DNA of 63,724 bases, the filler included, from Blastocystis sp. subtype 4 (lineage: Eukaryota): NCBI RefSeq assembly GCF_000743755.1. It is 4 parts of 4 records of this genome, joined end to end, with 100 filler letters (N's around TTAATTAATTAA, not from the genome) between each part and the next. Parts side by side here need not be neighbours in the genome. Positions count along the whole stretch, not along the records: positions 34,286 to 51,187 come from NW_014569314.1; positions 51,288 to 63,724 come from NW_014569253.1; 2 more parts are not named here. One strand, given 5' to 3'. Both the position numbers and the translations under genes were made by a program. The number at the start of each line of letters is the position of its first letter. The stretch's first letter is position 1. Below the pieces are notes generated by a model. The model did not search any database and was not told the origin of the DNA. It worked only from the letters and a program-made list of their open reading frames with translations. Below, one piece after another: positions 38,980-52,981 of the stretch.

Positions 38980-38987
38980 TGTTTGTT
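38980..38987 (+). promoter_or_regulatory. TGTTTGTT polyadenylation motif (T38975)
   Basis: Exact motif; T38975 follows ...VPKKF. Confidence 0.8.
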
Positions 38988-39008
38988 AATAACTCCAATA
39001 AGATCCCA

Positions 39009-39016
39009 AACAAACA
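39009..39016 (-). promoter_or_regulatory. TGTTTGTT polyadenylation motif (T39021)
   Basis: Exact motif; T39021 follows ...SSRCN. Confidence 0.8.
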
Positions 39017-39020
39017 TACA

Positions 39021-40559
39021 AATTACAACGACTACTAATAATCTCTACTCCATTTTCCACATATTCTTCATGTGAAATCCATAACTGTTGGAATGATCCT
39101 AATGAACTCTATATCTCATTTATTCTCAAATCCAATACAATGATTGATCCTCCTGTCCAAGCATTATAAGGATTGTATAAAGGTTCAGATGAATACAATC
39201 TTGGCTTGAAAGACTACAAACTCATTCTCTTCATTTCACAGATACAGAATTCAACCGCTTATTCAATTCATACTCCAGTCGTTCAGATAATCCCTTCATT
39301 CTCGCCCCTCCACCTGCCAACATGATATTGGAGGTTAAGTCCTTTCGGATCTATGTATCAAGCTTCATAATCTCTATCACCTCCACATCACAATTCAACA
39401 AGCATTGATAAATCGTGTCAGGAAGTGCTTGTCCATCTTCCTACATTCAATCCCTCATTTCAATCCTACTCCCGTGGTTCCCGTCATCATTACTTCGGGA
39501 AGATAATACGCATCTTGGTCTAAGTGGACCTCCTGGTTATCAGGAAGAGTATATGAAATCGCTTCGTTTGGAGGAGGACTAGTGATCAATGCATTTCCAT
39601 TCTCTTACGTTTGAGCGATTGGTTTGGCACTTAAGCAATAACAGCATTCTTTCATATCACGAACAATATTCTACGATCAGAATGACAACCAATAAGTACA
39701 TTAATAGCATACTTGAGAAATGATGCTTTTGTGTTTGGAAAATCAATCTTTTGGATATTTGCAACTACTCCTTCGACAACCTGCTTCTTCAAGAAGCAAT
39801 GAGGAGTCACTTGGATTTTCTGTGAATTCAGTTTATCTGCAAGAAGAGATGTCATATAATCACCTCCAAAGGATGAAACTGCACTTGCTACTCATCATTC
39901 TCATTCTTCTCTCCATACATGTCATTAAAGAATAACCATCATAAACTGGGATAACACGAATTCCACTAGCTCCAAAATCGATTGAAAGACATGTTGTCTT
40001 GCCTAGAGAGAAACTAGTCATCATATGAAACATTAGTCCAAACCCGATACATGAGGATGATTTGAGGAAGTAAATGGCCGGAAAGTGGAGTTTCTCGAAT
40101 AATAATTCAGCGAACTTCTTTCTCTGTTCATTGGTTTCATAGGGTTCTTCTACTATGAGAAGAGGATGTTCTGGAGCTTTGTATCGCAATCCAGCTGTAA
40201 TACCAAAATCAAGCAACTTCTCAAGAGCATCATAGTTTGTAACTAAAGTGTTAGTATATTTATAATCAAATCACTCTTTCCATTCGAATAGGATTGATAG
40301 ACATCCATTTGATCTCTTCGGATGTTCAAATCCTGAGTCCCTAGATAATATGTTGGGGGTTCTTGACTGATATATCCATATGCCTACAACAATTAAAAGG
40401 ACAGCAACAATCTATTACAGAAGGATATACAAGTCGAGGTCCATCTTCTCCTCCATATCCCAATTTTATTGAGGAACTACCAACATCCAACACAATACCT
40501 CCAGTCTCATCTACAATAATAACTCTTTAGCTGATCCACGTCCTACCACTGCAATACAT
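39021..40559 (-). CDS. ARP4: Nuclear actin-related protein ARP4/ACTL6-like; poly(A)-generated stop
   Basis: MYCSDETGGIVLDVGSSSIKLGYGGEDGP; HPLLIVEEP; VIPVYDGY; YTLPD; AWTGGSII.SLGSFQQLWISHEEY. Confidence 0.85.
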
Positions 40560-40707
40560 GCCCTTTACAGATTTCCTGGATAGATAACAAGATTACGGAG
40601 TAAAATAAACCCGTCCTAGACCCTTAGGACCTTTATTAAGGACAAACAGATTATGAATAGGATTCCACAAAATCCCTCTCCTTTTTGGAATTTTGCAACA
40701 AACAGTG

Positions 40708-43700
40708 TTACTCCCTCTTCACTAACGATAATATCTTTCTCAAGCAGTCTGCAGCATTTCGATAGATCCCTGTATTGGCTGCTGCCTCGATTAACAATTC
40801 CTTTAGTAAAGCATATTCCTTGTCCTGGTCCGTGTAAATAAAGTATTCCTCATGTTTCAAGAACATCTCACCGATCTCAACTGCGTACTACAGTTCATTC
40901 CCTCTCCTATCTCTTACAATAAGCTTTTCCTTATGCGAGCGTTGTTCTATTCTCTCCCACAGACTGTTCTCTCCCTTCAGACAGTATTCCAAACTTATCT
41001 TCACATCATCATCACTCAAATGTTCTAAGAAGAAGATAAGCGTACGGATTGTCTCCAAATGGCGTCCCCGAGGATCGACTGTAATGTACTGAAGCATTGT
41101 GTCCAATACACTACAAATACGTCTATAGATCACATCCCACTTCAGCACTGACTCTGGGTTGAACTGAGCTGCGTTTGCCACATACAACACCCATTCTGAA
41201 CGTATCTCACTGTTCAATAGACTTGATAAAACAGATTTGTCCACAATTGCTTCTGCTAATTCCCGCGGGAATAAAATGATGTAACTGTCTGGCATCTTTA
41301 CTCTCTCACCTCTCTCTCCATTCTCCGAACATGTCAGATATCCCTTCTCTCCATTTACAAGATGAATTCCCGTAGTTCTTAGTTTCTCCTCAACGACAAC
41401 TCTGTCTTCTTTTCCTGCGGCCAACAGGAAGGCACGACGTTCCTTCGCCAAATGACTGATTTCAGATTCGATTGTTTCCAATGTAACGCCCATACTCTGC
41501 ACTGTGCGAAGCATGATTAAAAATGGTTCTACTAATCAGATTCCAGAAACATATATCACTCATTCGAGCAGAAGAAGAAACATTCTGTTTGAGGATGGAT
41601 ACTACGCTCCCGAGTCTGTTTGTATTCACGAGAAATGCGACTACAGGCTCCACTTGGAACAATTGAGAAATGAGTGAAAATACTTCATCTCCCTGATTTC
41701 CGATATTCCAATTATACACCGAATTCTTGGCAATCTGTTCCAGAACCGACTGTTGTGTGAGTGTATAAGCAAAGGAGAAGATACAATTCAGAGCAGCTAC
41801 CATTCCTCTCTTGGCCTGTTCGATCACTACAACTAATAGGTATCAGAATGAACTACACTTTGGCATCCAACCTAGGAGAGCACTTCGCAGTGGAGCAAGT
41901 CTCATTTCTGAATCGAATGGATTGAAGAACAAAAGGGAGAAAGTGTGAGGGTATGAAAGAGTGATGATGGATGAGGCACTGACTGTCATGGTCTTTATCA
42001 CATTCAGTAGTTGTATGGAGAGTGATTGCTTATGGGAACTGAATGTTTTGCGACTCACAGGTGATAATCTCCAACCCAAATGAACTAGAAGAGTAAGAAC
42101 CAGTGTGTGAAGTGAAGAACAGTGTGACTGAGGGAGAACTGATAGTAAGAGAGAAAGCATGGGTGCTGAAGTTAAACACTGAATAAATTGTCGTTGTGCC
42201 CGATACTCGTACAGTTGTGCGGTCTGTTTTGAATCCACCAAATCATTCAAAGGAAGGATTGGAGTGGAATATGCTGACTGTCTGTATATCATGAGATAAG
42301 GAGTCAACCGAGTCTATCTCTGACAAACCATTCACAATCATACTCCTTCCTGATTCTCGCACATCTGTTGAATCTCTTCTGACCTAATCTCAGTAACAAC
42401 TTCATCATTGAATTCATGCCACTTAAGAGACTCGGCTGGATCATCTTGGATCCAGGAATAATAGTGGCCACTCTCAGAACTCCCCAAATGCATGACAATC
42501 CCTTTCAATGAGTAATCATTAGGAGAAGGATCATCCAAAAACTGCTCTCTATGAATAACCCTTCTATCAATGAAGCACAAGTCAATCCTCATAGGAAAAG
42601 TGAATGGTGAATAGAGTTTGGTCTTCATGAACGTATTGTAATCAAAATCGAAGCGCTTTTGATGAATGATTAGATATGGAGGAAGAGAATGAAGAGTTTG
42701 ACTCTTACGAACCGTAACCTTCTTATCACATACTGAACAACGATAGTCTACGGAATATAACACTCAGTGAATCAAACCATCAATGCTCTCACTTTCTCCA
42801 AATCGTTTCAATGAATCTTCAAGTCTTGACACATCTTTCACTTCCACACTCAGATTTGTAAATGGGACTTCACTATGTCGAATCTCTCCACAATGAGGAC
42901 AAATTAGACGATCAATTAAAGTCCCGCGGAACAGTGATTTGATAAGACGAGGCTGATTCGTATACTGTAATGCCTGATCAATTCGATCTAGGAATGATGT
43001 TAAGTACTCATGAGCATCCTAAATCAGAGATTTGGTAATCATTCCTACTTCCTGTTCATAGACATTCAATGATTGACCTGTTGTATCCTTCATTATAGAA
43101 CACCATTTTCTTGTATCATATTCCTCTCCTGGATTCACTAACAGATAACTAAACATCTCCTTCAAAGTATCAAGCAATGTATGATACTCTTCCTTCTTCT
43201 CTGCTGAAGCTTCCTTTCGTTCACTTTCTCCTAGTTCTCGTTCACCTTCAGCCAGAATACCAGTCCATTTACACTATGTTTTCAACCGTTCTCTGTCTCT
43301 ACTTGAAGAATCCCTTGTCGGAAAGGAGTAATCATGAAAAACTGTTGCATCACTGATAGCAAGTAGCAAATACAGCCCAAGTTCTTCATACCACAATGAC
43401 TCGTCTCTTCAACATGACTTCGAATCTCTGAAGCGTGGTCTTCAATCTTCAGATTCCGAATACGGTCTGTGGTTTCATTTAGAATCTCACTTACTCCCTC
43501 ACACACAGCATCTGTGGACAACAACTCTTTTAGTAGGACACTCACTTCAGCCTGAGTTTGTGGATGTGAGAGGAATGATTGAAGCAGCACCTGAGTTACT
43601 TCTACAACTCAGAGAAGCAATTTTTCCATACTTTGCATGAAAGGACTCAGAAGACGATTTTCACCACTTTTCTTGGCATACGACAAAACAGCGGAAATCC

Positions 43701-46700
43701 AGAAATCACAGCTAATCAATCCAGTACAGAAATCTTCTTGATTTTGGCACTATGATAAAGGCAGGGATATGCTTTGTACCTCCTTCAGAACAGTATCACA
43801 AACACTCTTCACACGACTTACACTCACATGTCCTTCATCCATCAAACATGCCAAAATTTGGAGGGATTCTGGATTGAATTGTTTCTCGACCGATTTCTGC
43901 AATTCCACAAATACCTGACTTTGAAGAGATGAGCTCCGTGAGAGGACTGTGATCAAAGACAGAGCAATCAGAGACGAATCGGATGCCAATGAGAGAATCT
44001 CCAATAGCCAGCGATAGAGAGAAGAAGATTCTGATGTCAGCAGATCCAGCAGTGTGAGGAATCGGAGTACGAATGGAAGGAGTGATGTGTGCGAGGATTG
44101 TATGATGGACTTGCTAATAATGAGGCACTTAGCAAGGAAGATACAGAATTGACTCCCATTCCTCACTCACATGTGTAGTCATGGTTACTTCTACTTCACA
44201 CTCCACCAACCATGGAATGATCCAGCCTTTAAGGGCTCGAGAACCTCCTTGCAACCAATCACCCACATCATCACTCTGTAAGTAACGCATTCCCACGGGA
44301 ATGTGTTTTACACAAGGATACATTAATTGTTCCGTGAAATCGAGAAGGTCTTGGGCCACATAGTACTGAAAATCATCGGATTTCTGGGATAATAAGACTT
44401 TGAGTCGATTTTGTGTAATCTCAATTAATCCCGATTTCTGGTATTCACAAAATACTCTCTATTTCCTACCATCAGAGCAGAGATACAAGCAGTTATTTGA
44501 TCCTTGTTTTCACGAGCAGTTTTGATCAGAACACGTTCCAACAGACGTAAATTGATGAAGAGTTGTGTAGGTGATGAAGAAATCACTTCCTCCAGTAATG
44601 CAGTTGTGACAGAGTGACTATAAAGTCAGAGAGAGAACCAGGAACTACGCTGAAATGCTAAGAGAAGCTTGGTAGACGTGAGGCTGAGGTGGTAACATGT
44701 CCAACATGAGTGTAAGTGAACGAAGGATCTCAGGATGAAGAGTGAAACGAGAGAAGAGAGGCAAGAGTCTTGGTAGGATTGAAGTGGAGATAATAGGATC
44801 CATGTGACTATCCTGAACTATCACTTAAGAGACAATTCAATCCTATACTCACTGAAGGGAGTTTCATTTTGTTTCCAATTGTATCAACAATAATTTGATC
44901 TCCAGTAACCACTCCTCGACTCTCCAGAGTCTCATACAGAGAGAGTACACTTCCCTAGTTATTATTCCTGTATCATTTGTTGACTCGCACACGAAGGCGT
45001 CGACGAATATCAACACCCAGTTCTGATGCTAATCTCTCCTTCACAAGATATCCTTTCATTCCAGTATCCAAATCAATTGTCTGTCTTTGTGCGTTGTGAA
45101 CCACAGTGACCTTGATCAAATGACCGAGAGACAATTGATCACTGGATTCCCATGTTCGCTAGATCTTACAGAGGTAATCAAATACCCACAATATAACGCA
45201 TATTTCGGAGAATCAATGAACATGTGGCAAGAGTAACTTCAGCTGCTGGTGCATCTTGATGGCCTGCCTCTGTTAAGAGTCGGAGTAACACTCTATTCTG
45301 AATTCAATGATTCACATGTACTCCAACAATGCATTCATTGCATCTTCTCCCTTCTCGTAACAAGCCAGAATCAGACACAGATACAAAGTCCGGAACTGAA
45401 GTCGTCCTTTCTCGTTACACTCAGCAATACACTTCTCAATCCACTCTCTATTTTTAATCGAATTCACCACCTATCTCATCATCCCTCATGCTCTCACTTA
45501 CCAATCCTTCCATAGAACCAGCAGAAGCACAGCTACCGAAACAAGCAGGATCTCCAGTACAGTAATATTTAAACACACTTCCCAAATCTGAAGATGATTT
45601 CCGAGAAAGCTACATATTTTGGAATACCAAAAATCATACACAAGAATAAGCTTGAGATGACCAGGGAGTGAAAAGAATGTTCATATCCGTTTCAGAGAGT
45701 TTATCCCCATAATGAAAAGCGAGATTGACAATAGATTCAATTGTAATGGTCGTTGGATGTTGAAGTGAATAAACCAGAAGAGGTGAGAGTAATGGGAATG
45801 AAATGGAGAGAGAATGAAGATGATCACAAATTGTACAGGTGAGTTCACTTACTTCCTTGTAAATGTCTTCATCATAAGGAAGAAGACATTCAAGAACTGT
45901 TAAGTAGTTCTTTAAGAGATCTTGATATTCATGCTCTTCCCATACTGTTTCACCTACATTTCATCTGTGAACGATGGTTCATACCCATTTCAAATAACCC
46001 AACAACTACACTCATCACACACACATTACTAATGTTCTCTTCATATGAGTTTAATGGTGAGAGATCATTCATCACTTGTGTGTGTAAGTGACTCATTGTC
46101 TCAGAGTTCCCTTTTAAGAATTCAGGCAGAAGAATCCAAGCTGTGTGAAGTCTTGTATTCAACTCCTCTCCTTTCACAGCTCCTGCTCCCAATGATACAC
46201 GTAACAATTCAATTATTTGCGAACCATACTGACTTGTAATCATCTCCTTATTCGATGAATCCACACGCAATAATCGTGAACAGAATTCTATTCCATTCTT
46301 CCAATGATGATCACGAATATACGTTTCCAGAAATCCAAGGAATTTTGGTACTGACTTATGAGATGATACTAAAAGCGAATTCAACAAATCCTTCAATTGA
46401 TCACATCTCAATGGCCTACTGCAAAGATGAGACTATCCTTATCAAGATCCCGAACAACACCATTCCATATATCTTGGATATTTCTGTCATTGAGAAAAAC
46501 ACAGATATTTTACTTATCATCGAGAGTCCCTGTTTGTTCACACAGAGTCATTAAATCTAGAAGGACACTTTGAATAGTCGACAGAGGGTCCTTCATCAGA
46601 ATGGCAAAGTATCCACCTTGACACAGTTTAGAAGTGACAAGTCGACCTAACTCCTCCCTACGATCTGATGACATGGACTGTAGTTGTTCAATAAGCCGAC

Positions 46701-48172
46701 GTAGAAGGTTCCGTGAGGTATGAGAAGCCATTGTGATGTGAAGTGACTCAATACGAAAGAGTGCAGCCACCAGGAACTGAATCATTCGCTCCTCACTGTC
46801 AATGAAGAGAGAACAACACGTCTGGAGTAGTGAGGCTCCGGCACAATCTTTCTATGGCTGAAGAAGACAGAGGATTCATACTCGAATGGTCTCTTCAAGT
46901 ATATTCAGCAAAGACGATTGAAGGAGTGAATAAAGTTCTGTAATTCGTTCTTTGTAGAAATATGGCAGAATTTGTGACAAGCCATATACAGCATAGAGAA
47001 CAGATTGTGGTGAGAATGAATGTGACTATCACTAAAAGAGAATATAATTTCGTACTTCCAGAAAAGAGAGATATTTTGGGATAAGATTCAATTCTTCAAT
47101 TCGATGAATGATATGAAGAATGATTGGAGAAGTGAATGAAGAGAACTATTCACATATTAAACTGAAAGGATATTCATTATGAAAGAGAATAGGCCCAGCT
47201 GTAAAACCCCGAGCAGGTTGTGATAAGGAATGATTGTTCTCATTCACGGGGAATGGCTTATCCCACAAAGGAAGAGTACACTGATACATGGTATCATAAG
47301 ACTCACCATAAGACATTGTATTTGCTTTCTGAATGGTACTCAAATTCATATCATGAAGAGTGGTGAACAGAGGTTGATCATCGTAATCACCATAATACAC
47401 AGAACAGATTGGAGTGAGAGAAGAAACTACACCTCGACTCCAACCATTCGATCCGTCCTTTTGAATCTCTAAATAATCAACAGGAGTTCCTGGTTGAAGA
47501 GAATTCAACCAATGTGTGTAAGCTTTCAATATCTCGTCACTTGATACTGTAATTCGGTTACTATTGATGTCCAAAATGAGATGGACGTCAGGATCATCTT
47601 TTTTCTCCAATTGGATCTTGAAGAGTGGTCGGATTATAGTGGTAATTCTGTAAGAAACTCCGTCCACAAGGATTAGCATGCCCTCATAGAAATAGTTACG
47701 CAAAGTCACATCCCGATGAGTGAGAGCGTTGGATGTGACAAAAACAGGCTTATTCAATAGCATCAAAAAGGAGAGACTGAAAATGACAAATTCAGGATCT
47801 TCTGCAACTGTCATTGCCCTTTCACATAAATCGACAAAACAGCGTGATAATCGATAACATTCTCTAGAGTTAACGCTTTCAGCCACAATCAAACTCCAAA
47901 GTCTTCCTGTCATCCACAGACATCATGGTAAACGCCGAAATAACTAGATATAAGAGAAATTATCATCCATAACGATTGTAGAGGTGATCTACAAGGTATT
48001 GGAGTTCTTCTGAATCATTCTCCTGTGAAGAGAGGGTTTTCTCCATCATCTCTGCCATCTCGGAAATATTCTCACTTGCTACAGGTAACGATTCAGACGA
48101 AAACAAACGAGTCAACATGAACTGAGTTGCAAGAGACTGAATTTCAATAGCACTAGCTTGGGTCGTATACAT
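40708..48172 (-). CDS. Large USP9/24/34-like deubiquitinase (many exons; start approximate)
   Basis: HCGMKNLGCICYLLSVMQQ Cys box; NVYEQEDAHEY; LPPYLIIHQKRFDFDY; LKGIVMHLGSSESGHYYSWI; WHEFND. Confidence 0.8.
47132..47173 (-). other. U12-type AT-AC intron (42 nt)
   Basis: ATATCCTT...CTCTTCAT-TCAC; removal deletes an in-frame TAG (AAT GA|T TCT CCA); the 17-nt GT-AG alternative runs into a stop. Confidence 0.72.
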
Positions 48173-48279
48173 AATGTCAAATCAACAAGTTGAGTATGAA
48201 CAGATACGATCAACTAGACTTTAGGAATTCTTTTGACAAACGAGGAATTGGGATCCCAATCATTCCTTTATTATCTCGA

Positions 48280-49317
48280 ATGAATGTCTATCGTTGGGAA
48301 GACGAGGCTAAGAATGACGATGGTTAGAATCCAGGTGGAAGATGATTGCTAGATGAGTTGTATGATGATGAGACTCGAAGCATTCCCGACTTGATTCTCA
48401 CGATTCAAGATATTCTACGGAAACGTGGCAAGCACAACCCGATTGATATTCAGGAGATGAGTCGGAGAATCCATTATGACATTCAAGATAACGAAGAATT
48501 GGTAACAAAACTTCAATCAACGCCAATGATCAGTTATGAAGATCCATTGTTGCGATTTCAGGTAGGTGTTTAGGGAATAGTTTGAAATAGCCACCAATCG
48601 ATGCTGATAATGAAGAAGAATTGTTATTGAGTTTACAGGAACATGTCGATGGAGTGAAGCGCAATGTGGTTGAAGTCTCGTTCGTTTGGATAGAGGTGGT
48701 CATTTTTAGTTCTCCAGAATCGAAGGAATTCATCCCTCGACTCATCTATCAAGGAAAGATCATTGGTACAAATGAAACAAATAGCAGTGAAGTGTTCAGT
48801 CTTTTCCCTCGCTGCAGGTCATATATGGTTGAAATCTCGGGAACAGCAACGGTAACTAAAGGGAGTTGTAAAGTGGTGATGACAGAAAATGTATCTCAGG
48901 AAGTACGTCAGGGAGATGCATTAGTAATCAAGGGAGTTACTTATCGAGTGGATTCCAACCCTGAAATTATGCCTCTTTCTGTAACCAGTATTCGGTCTTT
49001 GAATGAGAAAATTGATACAGGCGAGTCGTATGATGTTGGATATGTGAATAAGGTGTAGAAAACGGCATTGGGGACATGTTGTTGGAAAGGAGATTTGGCT
49101 TGATCGGTCCTACCAAGGAGAATCGGAGGTAGGTGTTCATATTCATCGTTTCGGTGTAACAAACGATTTACGAACCTTATGGTTTGACAATCATAATAGT
49201 GTATATTCTGATGATAAAGCTTTGAAAGAAGCTATTAAAGAAGCTGGGTTGAGTTACTCAAGTGTATTAGTAACTCAGACTCGACAAGTGAAGCGAACTC
49301 GTAAACATACCAAATAG
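48280..49317 (+). CDS. TFIIE beta subunit-like protein with a beta-rich insertion
   Basis: Winged-helix-like N-terminus (LVTKLQSTPMISYE..LRFQPPIDADNEEELL); C-terminal NDLRTLW..LKEAIKEAGL and basic tail. Confidence 0.55.
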
Positions 49318-49409
49318 CGTGTTTCTTTCAAGTTAATTCCTTCTGATTGTAAATCGATTCGGCTTTTGACAAGTATCTTCAACACACTCTCCAACAAACA
49401 CATCACCCA

Positions 49410-51154
49410 CTATTCCACATCTTTCTGAGGAGCCCGCAACTTCGGACCTCCGGCCTCCTTCGCCATAATGATCTGATCGACTTTAAGAATCGTAAGAACT
49501 GCATTTACAGCAAGACGAAGAGCATTCTTCTTTGTAGCATAGACATCTAACACAGGTTGCTTCTCATTCATCACATTACAAATGTCCTTTCCCTCAATAT
49601 CCACTCCATATCCACAACGAACGTCATTTGAGTATTTCTCCATCAGCTTGCTCACAACCTCTGTTGGATCCAATCCAGCATTCTCAGCCAGAGTGCGAGG
49701 AATCACTTGCAATGCTTCAGCGAATTTCTTCACAGCATACTGATCCAATCCAGGACACTCTTCACCATATGTGGCCACACGCACAGCCATTCCCATCTCT
49801 GCTCCACCTGCACCTACCACCAGACGAGGATCTGTACAGAGAGTCTTCACAGTGTTCACAGCATCATCTACCACACGCTCCACATCCTCCATCAGATTTT
49901 CTGTCGAACCTCGAATCACTACAGTAGACACACGTCCTCTTTGTCCCTCCTGTCTCAACACTGTTACTTTCCGTCCTCCCACTTCGATCACCTCAACTGC
50001 ACTGCACTCGCCAATCTCCTCAGCTGTAGGAGGACCCACACGCACCAGTGCTGTTGCATTCAGTGTTTTGCAGATACGACGCAAATCGAACTTACTTCCC
50101 ACAGATACGCCCATGATCCCAAATTTGTTCAAATAATGCCGGGATATCTCAGAAATACTTCCTCCTGCAAATATCACATTCACTCCTGTCTTTGCGATTG
50201 CCTCAATCTCATTCCCAAAGGCCTCCTCCTCATTTCGCGTGAACTTCAACAACTCTTCAGCAGATTTGATCAGAACTGTTCCTTTGGTTTCAGACGAAGA
50301 TGCTTCCAATCCACACGTCAGGACCAACACTTTGGCATTTGTAACATGAAGGACATTGTTCTGAGGGAGATTCATCAACACCATTCCTGCCATCATACGA
50401 CTCTGATCCACGCTACCTCCCAGGAGTCGTGCTGTACGAATGTTATCCACATCGATTTTAGGATCTGAAGGAGTCTTGGGAAGAGTGTATAAGCATGCCT
50501 TTGCTATCTCTCTCGCCAGAACTTGCTCGTGACCATATTGCTTAGCACAGACTACAGGCATGATTGCAGACGTCACTGCATCCTCATCATGCATATCAGC
50601 TACCTTGATTGAAGCCAGCTCTAGAGTTCATACACTCTTTGAATCATACCATCGAGTGTTTTATAATGGCCTTTTCATATCCAGTGATAATATCGTTCAC
50701 ATGAACTCCCTATTCATCATTGATCCATTTAAAGCATACTAGTATAATCAACTCCTCAGCCTTCGCCAATAACTCTCCAGCAAACGTGACAACAAAGTTG
50801 GTTCCATCTCCAACCTATACTAATCAAAGTGAGAATGACTCCCATACCTCCTCTTCCTGCTTTTTCGCTGCCTCAACAATCAGTTTTGCTGCAGGATGAA
50901 CCACTTCCATCTCCTTCACAATTGTGGCTGTATCGCTAGTAATGAATATTTTATCGAGTTGATTGATAACAAGCTTGAACATGCCTAGAATCACAATTTC
51001 AACGACAAATCACACCATTTGGACCCAACGATGTCCGATGGATCGTAGAAAGCTCTTTGCATGCATCAATATTACGAATGATTGCATCTTGTGTTCCAGA
51101 AAACGATTTGTATCCGTTTCGAAGCAATCCACTGAAACCAGCTCCAGAATTCAC
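49410..51154 (-). CDS. CCT8: T-complex protein 1 subunit theta (first exon lost at contig edge; apparent small frameshift at ~50665)
   Basis: AIIRNIDACKEL..RTSLGPNG, VGDGTNFVV, ETKGTVLIKSAEEL, SKFDLRRIC, VDQIIMAKEAGGPK. Confidence 0.95.
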
Positions 51155-51187
51155 CTATCGAGTAATTTCAATCATTTTGCTCTATAC

Positions 51188-51287
51188 NNNNNNNNNNNNN
51201 NNNNNNNNNNNNNNNNNNNNNNNNNNNNNNNTTAATTAATTAANNNNNNNNNNNNNNNNNNNNNNNNNNNNNNNNNNNNNNNNNNNN
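51188..51287. other. Artificial contig linker
   Basis: 44 N + TTAATTAATTAA + 44 N. Confidence 0.97.
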
Positions 51288-51744
51288 CTTATTGGCCTGA
51301 GGAATGGACCAATTCTGTGTCACCTTGGATGAAGTTGTTCCAGAATGCTAGAGAGTGGTGTATCAATCACTGAAGTTGATTATGGTTGTATAGAGGTGTT
51401 TGTTCTACTTACCTTCGTTTGATGTTTCCATTTTGTGATTTCCTTATAGTTAGAACATCCAAAATACGTACCTTTTTTGGTGTCTACGAAAACTCTCGAC
51501 CAAATCTTCTCTTCTGTGCCACTCATCTGAGGATTCGTGTTGTGTTTGATAATAGCTTGTATAGGAAAGTATGGATAGTCTTGGGGATCACTGGTGCAGA
51601 CTCGTAGTTAACTCTAGTAGTTTGCGAAGAAGACCTTTTGTGACTGATTTCAGTAATAGGAAGCTATAATGACAGGGAAAGACCCATCTCATGAAGAGAA
51701 GGATGAAACAGAGTTTGGAATATGTGATGAGATTTAAGATGGTA

Positions 51745-52746
51745 GACAATCGTTCATTTGGTCAAAGAAAACGCTATCCCTCCGCATCTTTTTGGCAGGC
51801 GGTATTGCGGGAGCAGTGAGTCGGACGGTAACAGCACCACTGGACCGTATTAAGGTTTTAATGCAAGCATCACATGGTCAGAATGCGTTGAGTATTGTAT
51901 CAAGTACAAAGAAGATTTATGTGGAAAGTGGAATTAAAGGGTTTTGGAGAGGAAATGGTGTGAATTGTGTCAAGCTGTTTCCGGAGACTGCCATTCGCTT
52001 TTATGTGTATGAATTACTTCGTGCAGGGTTGAATATTGATACCAACCATGCAGATGTAGTGACGCGTTTTGTGACTGGATCTCTTGCTGGATTGGTGAGT
52101 CAGACAGTTGTCTATCCTCTTGAAGTGATCAAAACTCGTATGGCTCTATCTGCACCAGATTTATACTCCAGTACATGGGATGTTGTAAGAACGACGATTC
52201 GTTTAGAAGGCTATGGGTATGAGATGGATAGACAAATGATGAGGTAGAGGTTTGTATAAGGGAATGGTAGCATCGATGTTGGGTATTATTCCCTATTCGG
52301 GTGTGGAACTGATGGTGTATTCGTATTTGACAGTGAGAAATTAACGGAATAATAAGACTTAGGATCGATTTGTACACTCCGATCATCATAAGAGTGTGGT
52401 TTCGGTACTCGCTTGTGGAGCGATCTCAAGTTTGTGTGGTCAGACAATTTCCTACCCTTTTCAGTTAGTGCGAACAAAACTCCAGGCTCAGGGAATGCCG
52501 ATTCCAGAGAGTCTAAAAGGGAAAGTCCATTATAAGTCGTATGATGGTGTTTTGGATTGCATTACAAAGATTGTGAAGAACAGGGGAGTGAAAGGGTTGT
52601 ATCGTGGGATTTGTGCCAACTATATGAAGGCAATTCCTGCAATCAGTATCAAGTATATGAGTATGGGTGATATGGAGAAGTGATGAATAGTGTATGAATT
52701 GTTGAAGGAGTGGTTCCGTGTGGGAGATAAGATGACATCTGCTTAG
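51745..52746 (+). CDS. Mitochondrial carrier, ATP-Mg/Pi (SCaMC)-like; upstream exons toward 51288 not resolved
   Basis: LAGGIAGAVSRTVTAPLDRIK, GFWRGNGVNCVK.FPETAIRF, YPLEVIKTR, YPFQLVRTKLQAQ. Confidence 0.88.
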
Positions 52747-52835
52747 TTCTTTTATGAATATTATTGTTTGTGATAGATAAGAAAGACATTGTGTAGTCTA
52801 TAAGTTAATAATGATAGTCAGATAAGAAAAAAGAA

Positions 52836-52908
52836 CTCCCATGCCGGGACTCGAACCCGGGTCGGCGAGGTGAAAACCCGCTATCCTAACCGGCTAGACT
52901 ACATGGGA
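52836..52908 (-). tRNA. tRNA-Glu (TTC)
   Basis: TCCCATG/CATGGGA acceptor stem, anticodon loop TT-TTC-AC, GGTTCGAGTCC T arm, downstream T-run Pol III terminator. Confidence 0.95.
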
Positions 52909-52981
52909 CCTGTTAATACTTTCATTGTATCCTATAAAAAGGATAGATATGGAATCTTGAATTGCTATTCCAAATTGGAAG

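Noticed and set aside
43751..43780. ATATCC on the minus strand of the large USP gene
   Set aside because: Falls inside an ordinary 30-nt GT-AG intron; no U12 3' end at the expected distance
49707..50468. 253-aa plus-strand ORF
   Set aside because: Antisense to CCT8 with no recognisable motifs
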